NCBI RefSeq assembly: GCF_009914755.1
Contig: NC_060925.1
Source of the DNA: the human T2T-CHM13v2.0 reference genome, Homo sapiens
Length of the DNA stretch: 64,000 nt
Direction: 5' to 3' (one strand)
The notes beneath the pieces were generated by a model that ran no database searches, had not been told where the DNA came from, and worked only from the letters and a program-made list of their open reading frames with translations. Made by a program: the position numbers and the translations under genes. Shown here in pieces: positions 39,841 to 56,458 of this stretch (its first letter is position 1; the number at the start of each line of letters is the position of its first letter).

Positions 39841-40513
39841 TAATCTTTTTATCTCTCAAGCTACATTGTAGCTAAGCTCCTTAGATCATTTCCAATTTAG
39901 TTACTCGCTCTTCACCCATGTTTAGTTTGCTGTTTAAAACTTACCAAGTTTTTAATTTCAGTGACCATATTTTTGGCTTTTAGAAAAACCATTTCATTAT
40001 AGTCCAAATCTGCTTGTTGATTTTTGATTGTGTTTTATACTAATGTTTTAAATTGCTATTCTTGGCCCTTGTCTAATGTCATTTTCTTATATGCTCAGCT
40101 ATGCATTAAGCAGGACTTCATTATTATTATCTTTTTTGTATTTTATCTGGAACTTGTAGGTATTTTGTAGCAGGAAGGTTTTCTGGTTATCTGAACCATG
40201 ATAATGAAAAAAAAAAAAAGTGTCTCATTGGTTTTTTCAAACTTTCTCCTCCAGAGAAATTCTGCTTTGTTCACAGCATCAAATGTTGCTTGGAGTTCTA
40301 AAACTTCCATTGTTCTTTGTATGTGAAGCATGCTGGGATGCCTGGGCGGTGGAGTGTTACTTCACATTAAATTGTGGGCTCCTTTACGGTCAGCAACTGT
40401 GTTTCCTGTATCTCATGTGTCCTGGCAGGGTACTTGCCACGTAGTCAGTGCCTGATAAACAGTTGGCTGATTTCCTTATTTGACTTTTGCTTTAGAGCCA
40501 GACGCCTCGCTAG

Positions 40514-40835
<322 letters not shown>

Positions 40836-42494
40836 GAGATGCACATGTATTTTTAAAGAGTTCCATTGATAACTGAGTTTCTCCTGACCAGAAGGTGGAC
40901 TGTGGCCTAGGCATGGCAGTGCCTCCTGATTGGCTTTGGAAGCTCAGCTCCATCTGTGGTCCGTTATTCTTAAAAGTGGCCACTAGAGGGTGAGAATGAG
41001 CCACAGCACAGCAAAGTCCTGTTTTAACCTTCAGAACAGCTGGAGGACGGTCAATTCAAACACACTAGAGAGCACCTATCATGTGCCAGGTACTGTGCCA
41101 AGCCCTCCCTGCCTTCCAGGACCTCATAAATGGCCAGTGGCCCCTCACATATAGACACAACTCTTGTACAAGGCAGAATGGAATGTGCACAAAGAGGTAC
41201 AATCCCAACTCCTAGATCTAGGGGGTCTCAACAAGGAGGAACTGTGGGTGGCTTTCCTGTAGAACTCAGATTGGTCAGTCTGTGAGAAGGAAACTTACAG
41301 GACCTGCACCATCCACCCTCTCAGTCTCAGTCTCACCCACCTCTTCATACACCTGTTTCATGTGCATATGGCTTTACTGTTGCCTGCCAGAGACCACCCA
41401 GGCTTTGCAGTAGACTATTTGCATAACCCTGGACTAACCACTCTCTAATCTTTAATCTCTTTATTTAGGGATGATAATATCAAGTCCTTTCTACCTCATA
41501 GGATTGTGTCAGATTTAAGCAAAGTAATGAAGATCAAAGTACTTTTGAAAATTCATAAGTGCCATATATTTATGAAGCTTTAAAATAATTGTTAATATAA
41601 ATTTCCCTAAAATGCCCTCAGAGTCTAGGAAGTTTGGGTGCACCATGGGCATTTACTGAATTAACTAGAATGTACACTCTTCCAGAAGAGGAGACCCACA
41701 GTAAGCCGAGGTATACCAGGCAGTTTCGGACAAATCTGAGAGCCAGGAAACAGCAGTGTCATTAAAGTGTTGGGCTGAACATTGTGCTCTGACACTCTCT
41801 GGGGAGGTGTCAGCCTGGCATCCAAGAAGGGTGGCCCTGTGGGAGGGTTATGCTCCAGACTGTGGAGAGGGGCACTTTCCTTTTCCAGGCAGGGACCCTG
41901 AGGAAGAGGAGATTAAGAATGGGTGTGGTATGATGCTGCTCTAACCCCTGAGATAAGCTTCCGAGAAGAAAAGCCACTGTCACTCACTTTTCAGGACCAA
42001 TAAAGGAACTGAATGGTAGAGAGAGCTTTGCCATCTTCTCTCATGCTTGAGGAAAGGAGACTGACCCCTTCTCAAGGTGATGGGAGACTTAAAGTGCCTG
42101 TTCATGATTGGTGGCATGAGAGGGGAGGAGGAAAGACTGGAAATGTCAGTCACCATGCTTATCGCCTGCTGCGCCAAAGAACACCCCAGCGAGATCCTTA
42201 GGGCCATTTTCTTTCAGAGTCTATTTTAAAAATGTCTTTATTGATTTGATCAAACTGGTGTTTTTAAAACTTCAGTTAAGGTGAGCTTTCCATGCACACA
42301 CATTGGTGTGTGTGTGTATGTGCATGTGTCAGGGGGCTGCTGGGGTGGGAATGGGGACCAAAGAGAGACTATTTTTAGAATAGCATTTCCTCTGAGGGGG
42401 TTTTAACCTGTTCTCTGCTGTTTTATGTTAGAGATTTATTTGATCATGCAGTCAACAACAGCACCAACAGCACCATCTGGTTTGCTAATAGATA

Positions 42495-44094
<1,600 letters not shown>

Positions 44095-44263
44095 CTAATA
44101 GATATTTGATAATACAGAACTTGGATATGACTTTTGGACACACTTAGATGTGGAGATTTTTCTCTTGGTTGCATTTGTGTATGTGTGAGAATAAGGAGAA
44201 AGGACTAATACATGGTCATTTCTATTTGCTGCTGTAGCAGCAAGGAGAATCTGGCAGAGGTAG

Positions 44264-44265
<2 letters not shown>

Positions 44266-44294
<29 letters not shown>
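44266..44294. repeat. (TG)14 microsatellite
   Basis: Direct read. Confidence 0.9.
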
Positions 44295-44296
<2 letters not shown>

Positions 44297-44380
44297 GTAT
44301 TGGCCATGACACATTGACACATCCTGTAATGACACTATCTCCTATGTGCTTGTCATTCTCCAATGTGCTAGGCTTCAAAA

Positions 44381-44398
44381 CCTCACCAGGGGGCGCAA
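44381..44398 (+). promoter_or_regulatory. Strong CTCF motif match
   Basis: tcaccagggggcgc versus consensus core CCACCAGGGGGCGC (13/14), CpG retained. Confidence 0.55.
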
Positions 44399-44873
44399 TT
44401 GTAATTTCTCGCATTCATTTCGTTCATCAACCATTTATCTAGTTAGCCTCTACTGTATGCCTGTCACTGAAATGCATTGTTTTGTTTTAAACCTCATTTG
44501 AATCCTGTGAGGTAGATTGAATTACCCCTCTTTCCATAAAGGGAATTGAGCTTTAGGAGATGTTAAGTAAATTATGTCGTCAGCAATACATGGAGAAGCC
44601 GGAATTTGAACCCGTGTTTTTCTGCCTGCAGAATGTAAACCCAATACCCTTACACCCTGCTGCCTCCTCCATGTCATGCTATCTCAAAGACTGAGTTCTG
44701 TTCTCCAACCCTCTCCCTCCTGGATATCTTTACAGTGCTCGGCTCTCCACGGAGCTACTCCGTGGAAGTCCCTGTTCACCTGACCAGCAGGTGAGCACCT
44801 CGGCCCTTAGCCTGGGTTTGTGTTTCCTTATAATATCCCTATTTGGGACCTTGTCATTCATATCTGCATTTTA

Positions 44874-45173
44874 TTTATTGTTATTATTTTTGAGACAGAG
44901 TTTCACTCTGTTGCCCATGCTAGAGTGCAGCGGTGCGATCTTGGCTCACTGCAACTTCTGCCCTCCAGGTTCAAGCAATTCTCCTGCCTCAGCCTCCTGA
45001 GTAGCTGGGATTACAGGCACTCACCACCATGCCCAGCTAATTTTTGTATTTTTAGTACAGATGGAGTTTCACCATGTTGGCCAGGTTGGTCTCAAACTCC
45101 TGGCCTCAGGTGATCCGCCTGCCTTGGCTTCCCAAAGTGCTGGGATTACAGGTGTGAGGCATCACGCCCAGCT
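44874..45173 (-). mobile_element. Alu (AluS-like), antisense, TSD atatctgcatttta
   Basis: Direct repeat at 44860 and 45175. Confidence 0.92.
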
Positions 45174-47439
45174 GATATCTGCATTTTAAAGGCACATTTC
45201 CAACTTAGATGCTATGGAAGCATCCACATTTCATTTTACCTGTCTCTGTGGCTTGGCCTAAGTCTCCCTTAAGGTGGCTGTTCCCTAAACTCAGAGTAGC
45301 TTTTGAGAGGAAGGATGCTGCCTCCGAGAGGGACAACCCTTTAAGCTATTTCCAGTTAGCAATACAGCACCCCAGTCAGGACTGTCTGGTAAGGAGAGCA
45401 GAATCTTGCTGGAGGCCACTTGAGAAAGTTAGAGGTCCATCTTGATCTGAATGATGGGACAGAGGAAACAGAAGACTTCCTGAGAGGGGAGTGGTCAGCA
45501 AAGCCTGGGACCATGGAATTCCGTATGAAGATTTGGCTAAAATATGGGGTGAAGGCAAGCGGCAGATGGGCTGATGCTTGTGACTTAGGGCTTCAAAGGA
45601 GCCCAAGCTAATCATTTTCTCAGCACAATTTGTGCTTACTTTTTGCTTTTGTTTCAGAACACGAGCCAGGGGGTGGGATAGAGGGGTGGGAGTGAGTCTT
45701 GAGTCTTATTATCCAGTTGACTAACTGAAGTCTATTTTTTTTTTTTTTTTGGTAATGACTATAGAGTTTTCTTCACATTTCACAGATTGAAACCCTTTAC
45801 TTTGAGAATATGGCTAAACCTGTCCAAAGATACTGCCCAGAGCTATTGATTTGCTCTCTCCAAAAGGACATTCTTGTCATTAAATCATATTTTCCTAAAG
45901 ATGGGATGTAGCAAACCTCATTGACTGCAGCCTAGTGCATAGCCAGCTCCTTGAGCACAGGAAGGGACTCTCTTCCACACTGGACACAGGTGGCTCCCTC
46001 ACTTGTTTCCAGAGGTCCTCTTTAGAGCTAGCACCTGTCTCCCACAAGCCCCCGCCCCCACCCCCCCAAGGAAATTGAAGGAGAACAGCACAGAATGGGA
46101 TGCAGCTGGGGAAAACAATCTTGGCAATCCTGCACAGACCCTATCAGACTGCAGACAGCCATCCACCTATTACTGTGCCTACTACAGATCCTGGCCACAG
46201 ACCTGGATGCAAACCTCAACTCCAAAAACTAGTCTATGGAGTTAAAAGTCAGGATAGTTCTTACTGTGGGGAGGAGGGAAGGGAAGGGGTTGGGGAGGGG
46301 CATGAGAGGGGCTTCAGAATGGTAAGATTCTGTTTCTTGATCTGGGTGGTAGTTACTGGGTGTGTTCTCTTTGTGATACTCTCTCGAGATGTACACTTAG
46401 GATTTGCAATCTTTTCTGTAAAATATTTCAATAAAAGACATTTATTTTTTAAAAATCCAAGTTTCACTTCTTATTAATTGTATAATCTTGGACAAGTCAC
46501 TTAAGCTCTCCAAGCCTCAGTTTCTTCATCCCACATGATGGGGCCATGATAATGCCTGCCTCACAGTGTGGTGAGGAACACATGAGCGAATGCCTACAGG
46601 CTCTCAGTACAGGGCTTAGCATATTGCTCAGTAAACACTAGTGTCTGCTGTAGCTTCTGTTGCTCAGGATGCACTAGACTACTCCCTGCATGGGTCTACT
46701 CTGCTTCCATGACTTTTCGCATCTCCAGGTCTCTGCTCACACACTGCCCTACCTGATCTTCTCCTCCTGGACCCCCATCACCAAATCTCATTCAGGGCAC
46801 ACACTGAAGACTCTTTTCCTTACCCTGGGTTTATCCTTCGCTTTAGCCTTTGTTTATCTTGTGTCCCTGCAGCCCCTGGTGAACAGTCTACTGGACCCTT
46901 AGTTTATCCCTCTCTTTCTCTCTACCATCAGGCTAGGAGCACAGCCCTCTGTAATGTGTGCCTTGGTATTGCAGCAAGCACCTGGCAAGCCCGTGCTCAG
47001 GGATATTGATTGAAATGCAGCGTCACCGGCTTCTCTGTGGGATATATGGTGTGGTTCCTTGAATTTGAGGATTTGAGATGCCTCCCCCCAGAGTTGTTCC
47101 TTTGTTCCACCATCTTGCATTAAAGTGCCATGTTGTGTTTTCACTACTGGGAAAATGTCATTTGAAAAATACACAGCAAGTGTTAGATGGTGCATCTGGT
47201 TTGCCATCTTGACAGGAGAAGGGTGAGGAACCAGGGGTGGATCCATGGCTGGGGCTGGGCCTTGGCTTGGACATTCGGTGTTGTTTGGTGCATCCAATGT
47301 AGAGATCCCAGGCCAGGCTCAGGGAGCTGCTTCCAGAGTGGGCTCAGGTTTTGATAACTGGATACCCTACACCTGGTGCATTCATCCTCCCTTCCTACTT
47401 CTGGGCTCTGTGATTCCCTTTTTTTTTTTTTCCTGGGGA

Positions 47440-48215
47440 CAATACCTACCCTGCTGCCTTCACAATACATCCAGAATCCAACCACTTCTCAACATTTCCA
47501 CTGCTTACCCTTTGGTACAAGCCACCATTATGTGCCAGATGAAATTCTGTAATAGCTTCATAACTGGACTAGGCTCCCTGTTTCCATTATTGCCCTTTGT
47601 AGCCTGTTCTCCCCATAACAGCCATAGCTATATTTTAAAAATGTAAATTCGATCAAGTCACTCACTGGTTCTATAATCCCCCAGTTTCTGACACACTGAA
47701 GAATAAAACCCAGTCCTTTTTGTGATCAACTAGACTACATATCACCCCTATCCATGCCCCATAACTCCCTACTAACTCTAAGACATCACCTCCTACCCTT
47801 CTCCTCCTTGCTGTTTTTTAGCCGCAATGCCTTACTTGACAGGACTTGGCTGGTACTTGATGACTGCATTGCTTCCTTCTTGGGAATTTTGCCCTGGCCG
47901 TTCCCTCTGCCTGGAATGTTCTTCCCCTGATAGTCACACTTGCTTACTGTACTGGGTCTCTGCTGGATGTGACACTCACAGCAGCCATCCTTGACTGGCC
48001 CATCCCTTAACCCTGATTTAGTTTTTCATTGAATTTATCTGTTTTAGTCTCTATCTGTGTACTTGCCTTTCCTCTGCGGATAGTTCTTCTGGGTCTGTCT
48101 CCTTGCCAGAATGTAAGCAGGGACTTATGTTGTTTTCTACTGCGTCCTGAGGATCTAGAAGATGGTCTAGCACAGGACAGTGCTCGATAGAAGTTTACTG
48201 AATGGATAAGTGAAT
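47440..48215 (-). mobile_element. L2 LINE fragment
   Basis: catccagaatccaaccacttctc...gttccctctgcctggaatg...tttactgaatggataagtgaatg (L2 3' end). Confidence 0.8.
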
Positions 48216-48522
48216 GCAGTGAGATGGTGAAGTGAAGAGTATAAGCATGATCCCTTGGTTGAGATAGTTGCTGTCCCATGCCTCCGCCTCCAACTGCAGC
48301 AAAGTCACTTGCCTTTTAGCCAGGCCCTGGCATTCCCCAGACTAGTGGTGAGAGCCTGGAATCAACTAATTGGCTTCAGATCCCAGCTCTGCAGCTTATT
48401 AGGTGTGTGGGCTTAGGTAAGTTGCTTCATCTCTTTGGGCCTTAGTGCCCTCTTCTGTAACAAGTAATAGCCACAGGTCTTGGATGTGTATATTGGAGAT
48501 AAAAATGGTATACTCCATTATA

Positions 48523-48740
48523 CCAGGCAGGGCTTGGAGAAGTGATGCCCAGAGACCCAGCTGTCCTGCATCAGGGTTCGACCTTCTGACTCGCAGGTAG
48601 AGTTGCTACCTGGGTCTGGACTGTGATTTTTGTCAGGGCACCCCTGAACTATTTTCATTCCTGCATGGACACAGACTGTGCCTTACTGCTTGACCTCTTT
48701 CTCCAATTGCCACAGCTACACTCCACAGGCTTGGGCTTTG
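48523..48740 (+). repeat. Copy 1 of a ~215-bp dispersed direct duplication
   Basis: Aligns to 50163-50375 at roughly 85% by eye. Confidence 0.9.
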
Positions 48741-48864
48741 CAGGGCCAGAAGGCCTGTGATGCCTTCTGCTTTCACATGTGCATTCAGGAGAGACATACC
48801 AGGAAGCCCCCTTGGCCCCAAATCTAATCCATGTTCTTCAATTTAGCTCTATTAATAAGACTGA

Positions 48865-49167
<303 letters not shown>

Positions 49168-50162
49168 AAGACTGATTGATTTTAAAAAACATACTCTGCC
49201 TCAATTTAGTCTTTTTTTTTTTTTTTTTTTTTTTAAATCATGTTTCTCCTCTCAGAATTCAGGAGGAGAAGACAGGAGTATTATTTATTGGGCTCCTAAA
49301 TGCATAATCTTATTTGACCTTCATAACAACTCTATGAAGTAGGCAGGTATTGGTTGCCTTGCCATTTTTCAGGTGAGTCAACTGAGACTTAGAGATGACA
49401 TGTCCTGAATAAGGTCACTCGTACAAGTGGCAGAGCTGGGAGTCACACCTGAATCACCAAGCACCAAACCCAGAGCCTCTCCAATTTTACTATGGGTGTG
49501 TAAGGGTGTGGGGGGCGTGATTTGGTCATCACTTAATTCAGGGGAGGGGTCAGTGGAGGCCATGATCAGCAATCAGTCCTGGAGCTGGCAGGGGTGTAGT
49601 AGTCAAAGGCACTGATCTGAGATACGGGAATCCAAGGCTGGTTTGGGGAGGTGTGTGGTAGGGCTAGGGTAGAGGAGAGTGGCACAGTGTCAGGGATGCA
49701 GCAGAAAGGGCGGAAGGGAGCCCTCCCAGACTGCCCTGAGGGAGAGCTGAGGGAGCCCATTAGCCCGAGCCCTTGCTTAATTGGGAGCCCCAGCTGAGGC
49801 TAAGCTGCCTTGCCAGAGAGAAGACAGGCAGGGGGCCCTGAAAGCTGTGAGCCCTTCCTGCTGCAGTAGAAAGAAAGCGAGGAGCAGCCTAGGGGGGAAA
49901 AGGCTTGAGTAGGAAATAGAAAAATAGCTCTTGGGAAATCAAAAACGTTTCCAGGTCTAGGAAAGGCCGCCCTTTTCTCTCAAGCACATCTTCCCCACCC
50001 TGCCCCCTGCCCTGCAACTGTTGCCCCCCAGTGGGGCAACATGAAGGTGGCTGTTAAAATGCAAATGTGACCCAGGAGGGCAGACACATGAAGGCACTAC
50101 ACCAGCTGTTAGGCGGAAACTGGCTTTAGTTGGCCAGCTTAGCTTCAGTGAGCCCCGCTTCC

Positions 50163-50375
50163 CCAGGCAGGGCTTGGAGAAGTGATGCCAAGGGCCAGCT
50201 GTCCTGCATCAGGGTCTGGCCTTCAGACTCGCAGGTAGAGTTGACCTGGGTCTGGACTGTGATTCCTGTCAGGGCACACCTGAACAGTTTTCATTCCTGC
50301 ATGGGCACAGGCTGCACCTTGCTGCTGGACCTCTTTCTCCAATTGCTATAGCTACAACCACATGCTGGGGCTTTG
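50163..50375 (+). repeat. Copy 2 of the ~215-bp dispersed direct duplication
   Basis: ccaggcagggcttggagaagtgatgcc...ctctttctccaattgc shared with 48523-48740. Confidence 0.9.
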
Positions 50376-51738
50376 GGGGGCTAGGAGGGAAAGTGAGGGA
50401 GTAGGTTCAGCACGTGTATTAGAGAGGTCTCACTTCTCTGGGCTTCCTAATCCCAAACTTTATCAGGAGGCCATGCACATGGGGCTAAAGAGCTGGCTTC
50501 TCATGGATGATGGGGCATGTGATTTTAGGAAAATCCTGGCTGGGTCTTTTCCTAGCTGCGTGACACTTATGAAAGTCCCTTAAAGCTCTCTTATCCACAG
50601 ATTCCTCATTTGCAAAAATCTGCCTAAATAATATCTACCTCTTACGGTTATTGTGACCTTAGCAGCCTATCGTGGCAGGAAACAAATGCTTTCCTCCCCG
50701 TATCTGACCTTTTGTCCCCTCACGTTGTTCGCTGGTGCTGCAACTTTCTGCATCCATCATTCCCTGGGGTTAAAAAATAGCCTCCAGAAGACCTATACGA
50801 AAAATGTGAATATATGTTTACCGAATCAATGTTTCAGAGGAATAACACTAGCAAGTCAGCATCCTCTGATCCCAGCCCTGGGGAAGAGTTTGTCACATTT
50901 AGTTAGACATAGGGAGTGGGTCCAGGGAGAAAGTGACAAAGGCAGGGTAATCACTGAAAAGACCACGAACACTGGGGGTTCCCTTGGAAGAAGGGGCAAC
51001 AGGGAGAGAAAGGCCAGGGGACTGGGGTGCTGGAAGAAAGGAGGTGGACTAGGGCAGGCTGGCTCATGGCTGCTGGCCCCCTGACAGAATCCATGATCTG
51101 GGGCCTGTAGAGGCTCAGACTGACCTGCTGTGTTGACCAGCCAGAGCTCACAGCCATTGTCTAAATGGAGCCTTCACCAGAAAGTCCTCTTTGGCCCTTG
51201 GGAGTCCTGGGCCTGGGTCTGGCAGGTGTCTGCAGAGCCAACCACTTGACACCTGTGCCCAGAGAGCTGCTGTGTCCCCTCTGCCCTGCGCAGTCCCTGG
51301 CACAAATGGGGCCTGCTCCATATATCCACTGATGAACGAGATACATCCTGTCCTCCCCACTGCCAGCTGGGAGTTCTCAGCTGACTGTGGTTCACCAGCT
51401 CCCAGTTCCCTGTCCACCCAACAGCACTGGGCATCTGACACCAGCCAGCCTCACCTCCTGCTTTGGTCACACTGAGTAACTTTGTCTCCTGCAATGTACT
51501 GCTCAGAGTAATGAAATAGTCATAATAAAACCCTTAATATTTAAAGCTCAGGGAACTGCGGCCCATACCATATTGAGCAAAAAATAATTAATCATGAAAA
51601 AGGCCTCACTGACTCCATTTCCTCTGCTTCGGGCTACCTGGCTTGTTGGAGCTTTTCTTTCTGAGTGGATTGGAGGCTGCAAGTTGACTGATCTCTTAGG
51701 GAGAGGAAGCCCTCATTAATTTGTCTAAGGTAAATTTA

Positions 51739-52100
<362 letters not shown>

Positions 52101-52859
52101 TCACTGTGATAGCCCCGGTGCTTAACATGGTGCTGGCCCATAGTTGGGGTCAATAACATAGGCTGCCTCATGCATCAAGCCTCACAGTAACCCATGAAGT
52201 ACTTGTATCATTCTCGTTTACAGATTGTAAACCAAGGTTTCGAGAGGTGAAGTGACTTCTCCAGGGTCACTCAGAGAAGTGGGCAAGCTGGGAGGTGAGG
52301 GCATGTGTATTCACTCCTAGGTCACCTGGATTAATAGGGACAGTTTTTCTGTGCTGTTTCATGTGAGAATGGAAGGGTTGGGTGGGGAGTCTCACTGTGT
52401 GCCATCTCATGGGCCTGCCAACATGTCATCCTAGACAGACAGCTATTTTTATTTGCTTGTTAGCTGTTTCCTTGTACATCGTTCTGACATTTAATGAGTC
52501 ATCTGTGGAGAACAAAAATGGAGGGCAGGGGGCAACAAAATTGGGTGTAAACTGTCCTTCCATTGCTTTGTTTTTAGCCTCAGGAGGAGAAGGGCTGTTA
52601 GTTTCATTTAAAAGTGGATCCACCTACACACAGGGCCAGGTGTACCAGGAATGTTCTTTAAGATGGAGTTGGTTTCCCCCTTGATTTTGCCTCATCTCGG
52701 GATCTAAAGCTGTCACAGGGGAAAGATGCCAGTTCCTACCTTGGAGCCAACAAGTTCTGGCTGTGTTAGGTGTTTTAGAATGAGGAGTCATGGCCTCTGG
52801 TGTGTGGGCAGTGGGAGATGCAAAGCGTGCTGGAGCTGCAAGGATCTGAGTCATGAAGA

Positions 52860-53402
52860 CCAGCGGTTCTCCAACTGCGTCCTGGGAACATGCTAGCAAT
52901 GCAAAGGCGCAGGCCCCTTCCAGACTCACTGATTCAGAAACTCTGGGGAGGGGCCTTGCAATCAGTGCTTTAGCAGATCCTCCAGGTGAGTCTGATGACA
53001 ACTGATCTAGACTAAGGTTTCTCAGCAGCAGTGTTATTGATATTTTGGACCAGGTAATTCTTTGTTGTGGTGACTGGCCTGTGCATTGTAGGATGTTAGC
53101 AGCTTCCCTGGCCTCTACCCACTAGATGCCAGTAGGTCTGCCTTCCAGTTGTAGCAACCAAAACTGTCTACAGACATTGCCTAATGTCTGCCTGTGGGTC
53201 AAAATCGTCCCAGTTTTGAGAACCAAGGATCCAGACCCTTGCTTCTTGAAATACAGTCCGTGGTCCAGTAAGCGTCTGTCTCATCTAGAAATTTGTTAGA
53301 AGTGAAGACTCTTGAGGCCCACTCCAAATCTACTGAGTCAGAATCCGCATTTTAACAAGGTCCTCAGGTGATTCGTATGCAGTTAGAATTGACAAGTGCT
53401 GA
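52860..53402. mobile_element. Cluster of hAT fossils: MER5A (~52860-53010), MER20 (~53012-53226), MER5A1-like (~53236-53402)
   Basis: MER20 signature attctttgttgtgg...tgtgcattgtaggatgttagcagc...ctacccactagatgccagtag; MER5 signature ctactgagtcagaatccgcattttaacaag. Confidence 0.8.
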
Positions 53403-54277
53403 CCTAAACCAATTTCTTCAGTTTACAAGTGAGGAGATGGCTTTCCAGAGGGCAGATGACCTGCTCAAGATCATGTCTCCTGAATCCTGCACAGGTAAGT
53501 CTTTGTGTTTGTTTACGGTGGTTATTTCTGAAATTAGGAGAGCTGCCCACATGGACCCTGAGGCTAAGATTTGCAGAGGGCTTTGTGGTAGGGACCAGTG
53601 GAGGCAGGAGCCAGAGCTTTTACACACTATGGAAATGGCAATCTCTGTACTTGCCAATCCATACAGTAGTTTTGAGGAGAACTGGTCAGTTATTTTGTAG
53701 GATGCCCTTAATTGGGATTTATCTGATTTTTTTCCTCATGATTAGACTAGGGTATGGGTTTTTGGGAGGAAGACCAGAGGGGGCAAAGTGTTATTTTCAT
53801 CATATCATAGGTAAATCTTTGTATTTTCCCCAAGTAATTGATTACATTTTCTTGAAAACAAAATGGTCAGGTACCTCAGCACCTAACCATCAGCACAGTA
53901 ACTTTACTTTGCCTTGTTGAATGCAAAGTAAATCTTATATAATACGGTGCTTTTGAACTGTCCCAGAATTTCCTGCTTACATTCTCTTATGGACGATAAA
54001 AATGAGCCAGGCAATATTAGAGCTGAGATTTCATGCAAAGTCCCACCTTTCTTTTATTAATGGGGAGTGATAGGCATAGCTCTTCTCTAATGGGCAGCCA
54101 ACTGCTCAGCAATTTTCCTTTTGTGGTTCCCATTCCTGATCATTGCACCTACCTAATTAGTCAGATTGACAGCAGGCTCCTGGAGAACAAAAACTGCAGC
54201 CACTGATTCTAGGACAAAGGCAGTGAGAGGGATGTAAAACCATAGTAGGAGGGAGGTCTCTGAGTGGTGCATTCTGA

Positions 54278-54580
<303 letters not shown>

Positions 54581-54879
54581 TGACCAGGTTTCTTTAGGTA
54601 CTTTGGTTAGAATCTCATTCCAGGTGTGGCATTGACTGCTTGGGGAATTCTCTCCATTAGAACAGATTGTTTGACATTATGATGAATTTTCAAACACTCT
54701 TACAGCTACTTCTTACAACACCGTCTCACGCATACTCTGCAAGACAGACAGACACACACACAGAGATGTCTCCCCTACTGGCCTGCCATATTTTGCAAAA
54801 TTTCCTTTGTTTGAAGAAACTGTACTGAGTTAAGGTAGTAAAAGTCTCTGCTAAAGCGCAAGTGTTGTGTAAACCCAGG

Positions 54880-55692
<813 letters not shown>

Positions 55693-56458
55693 CTGATTCA
55701 CTATTCTGTTAAATGCAGATAATAATAACTATTATTAAGTGCTAAACTGTGAGTACCAAAATAGATGTTACATGTCATTTGTTTGGCACAAGCTCTGGCA
55801 CACAGTAAGGCCTGAGCACTGGTTAACTAATTAGTGGGGAGAGGGACTGAGCAGGTTGAGAATATGGGAGTTGTCTAGGGCAGGAGGGATCCAAGTGGGG
55901 TGTTGCTCTGAACAGGTGCTGGGTGATATTGGCGGGAAAGTAAGTGTGCAGAGTTGTGTAAGTTGCACCAAGAGGAGGGAAGAGGGATAGACCACTGAAA
56001 AGCATTGTTTTCTTAGCGTTTTGACTGTAACATTTTTTCTCCAGACTTCCTCATCTCTTGATTGAGGATAGCTGGTCTCTAATGTCCCTAAAAATCACCC
56101 CTCCGCCCAACTGCCTTTGCTCCGCACCCCTCTGTGGCCCCATTTAAGTCCTGCTCTTCTTCAAGGTTTGGCTCAAACACTACCTCCTCCAAGAAGCTTT
56201 TACTAGTCATTTAGTAATCATGGTCATTTTCGCTCCTCCATTGCCAATAGTGCTTAATTCTAAGACCTGGCCTGCAGTGCCCTAGTCTAGTTTTTCCAAT
56301 TAGATCATAAAACACTTTGTTGTACTACTATGTTACTTGCAGTACCATTTCAAAAACTGAACTCCTCTCCACTCCCCTCTGCAATTCCACCATCAACCTA
56401 CAAATTCTCTTTTTCTTCTTAAAGGCCCCTCCTTTACCATCTCCTAAGCATGAAACTT

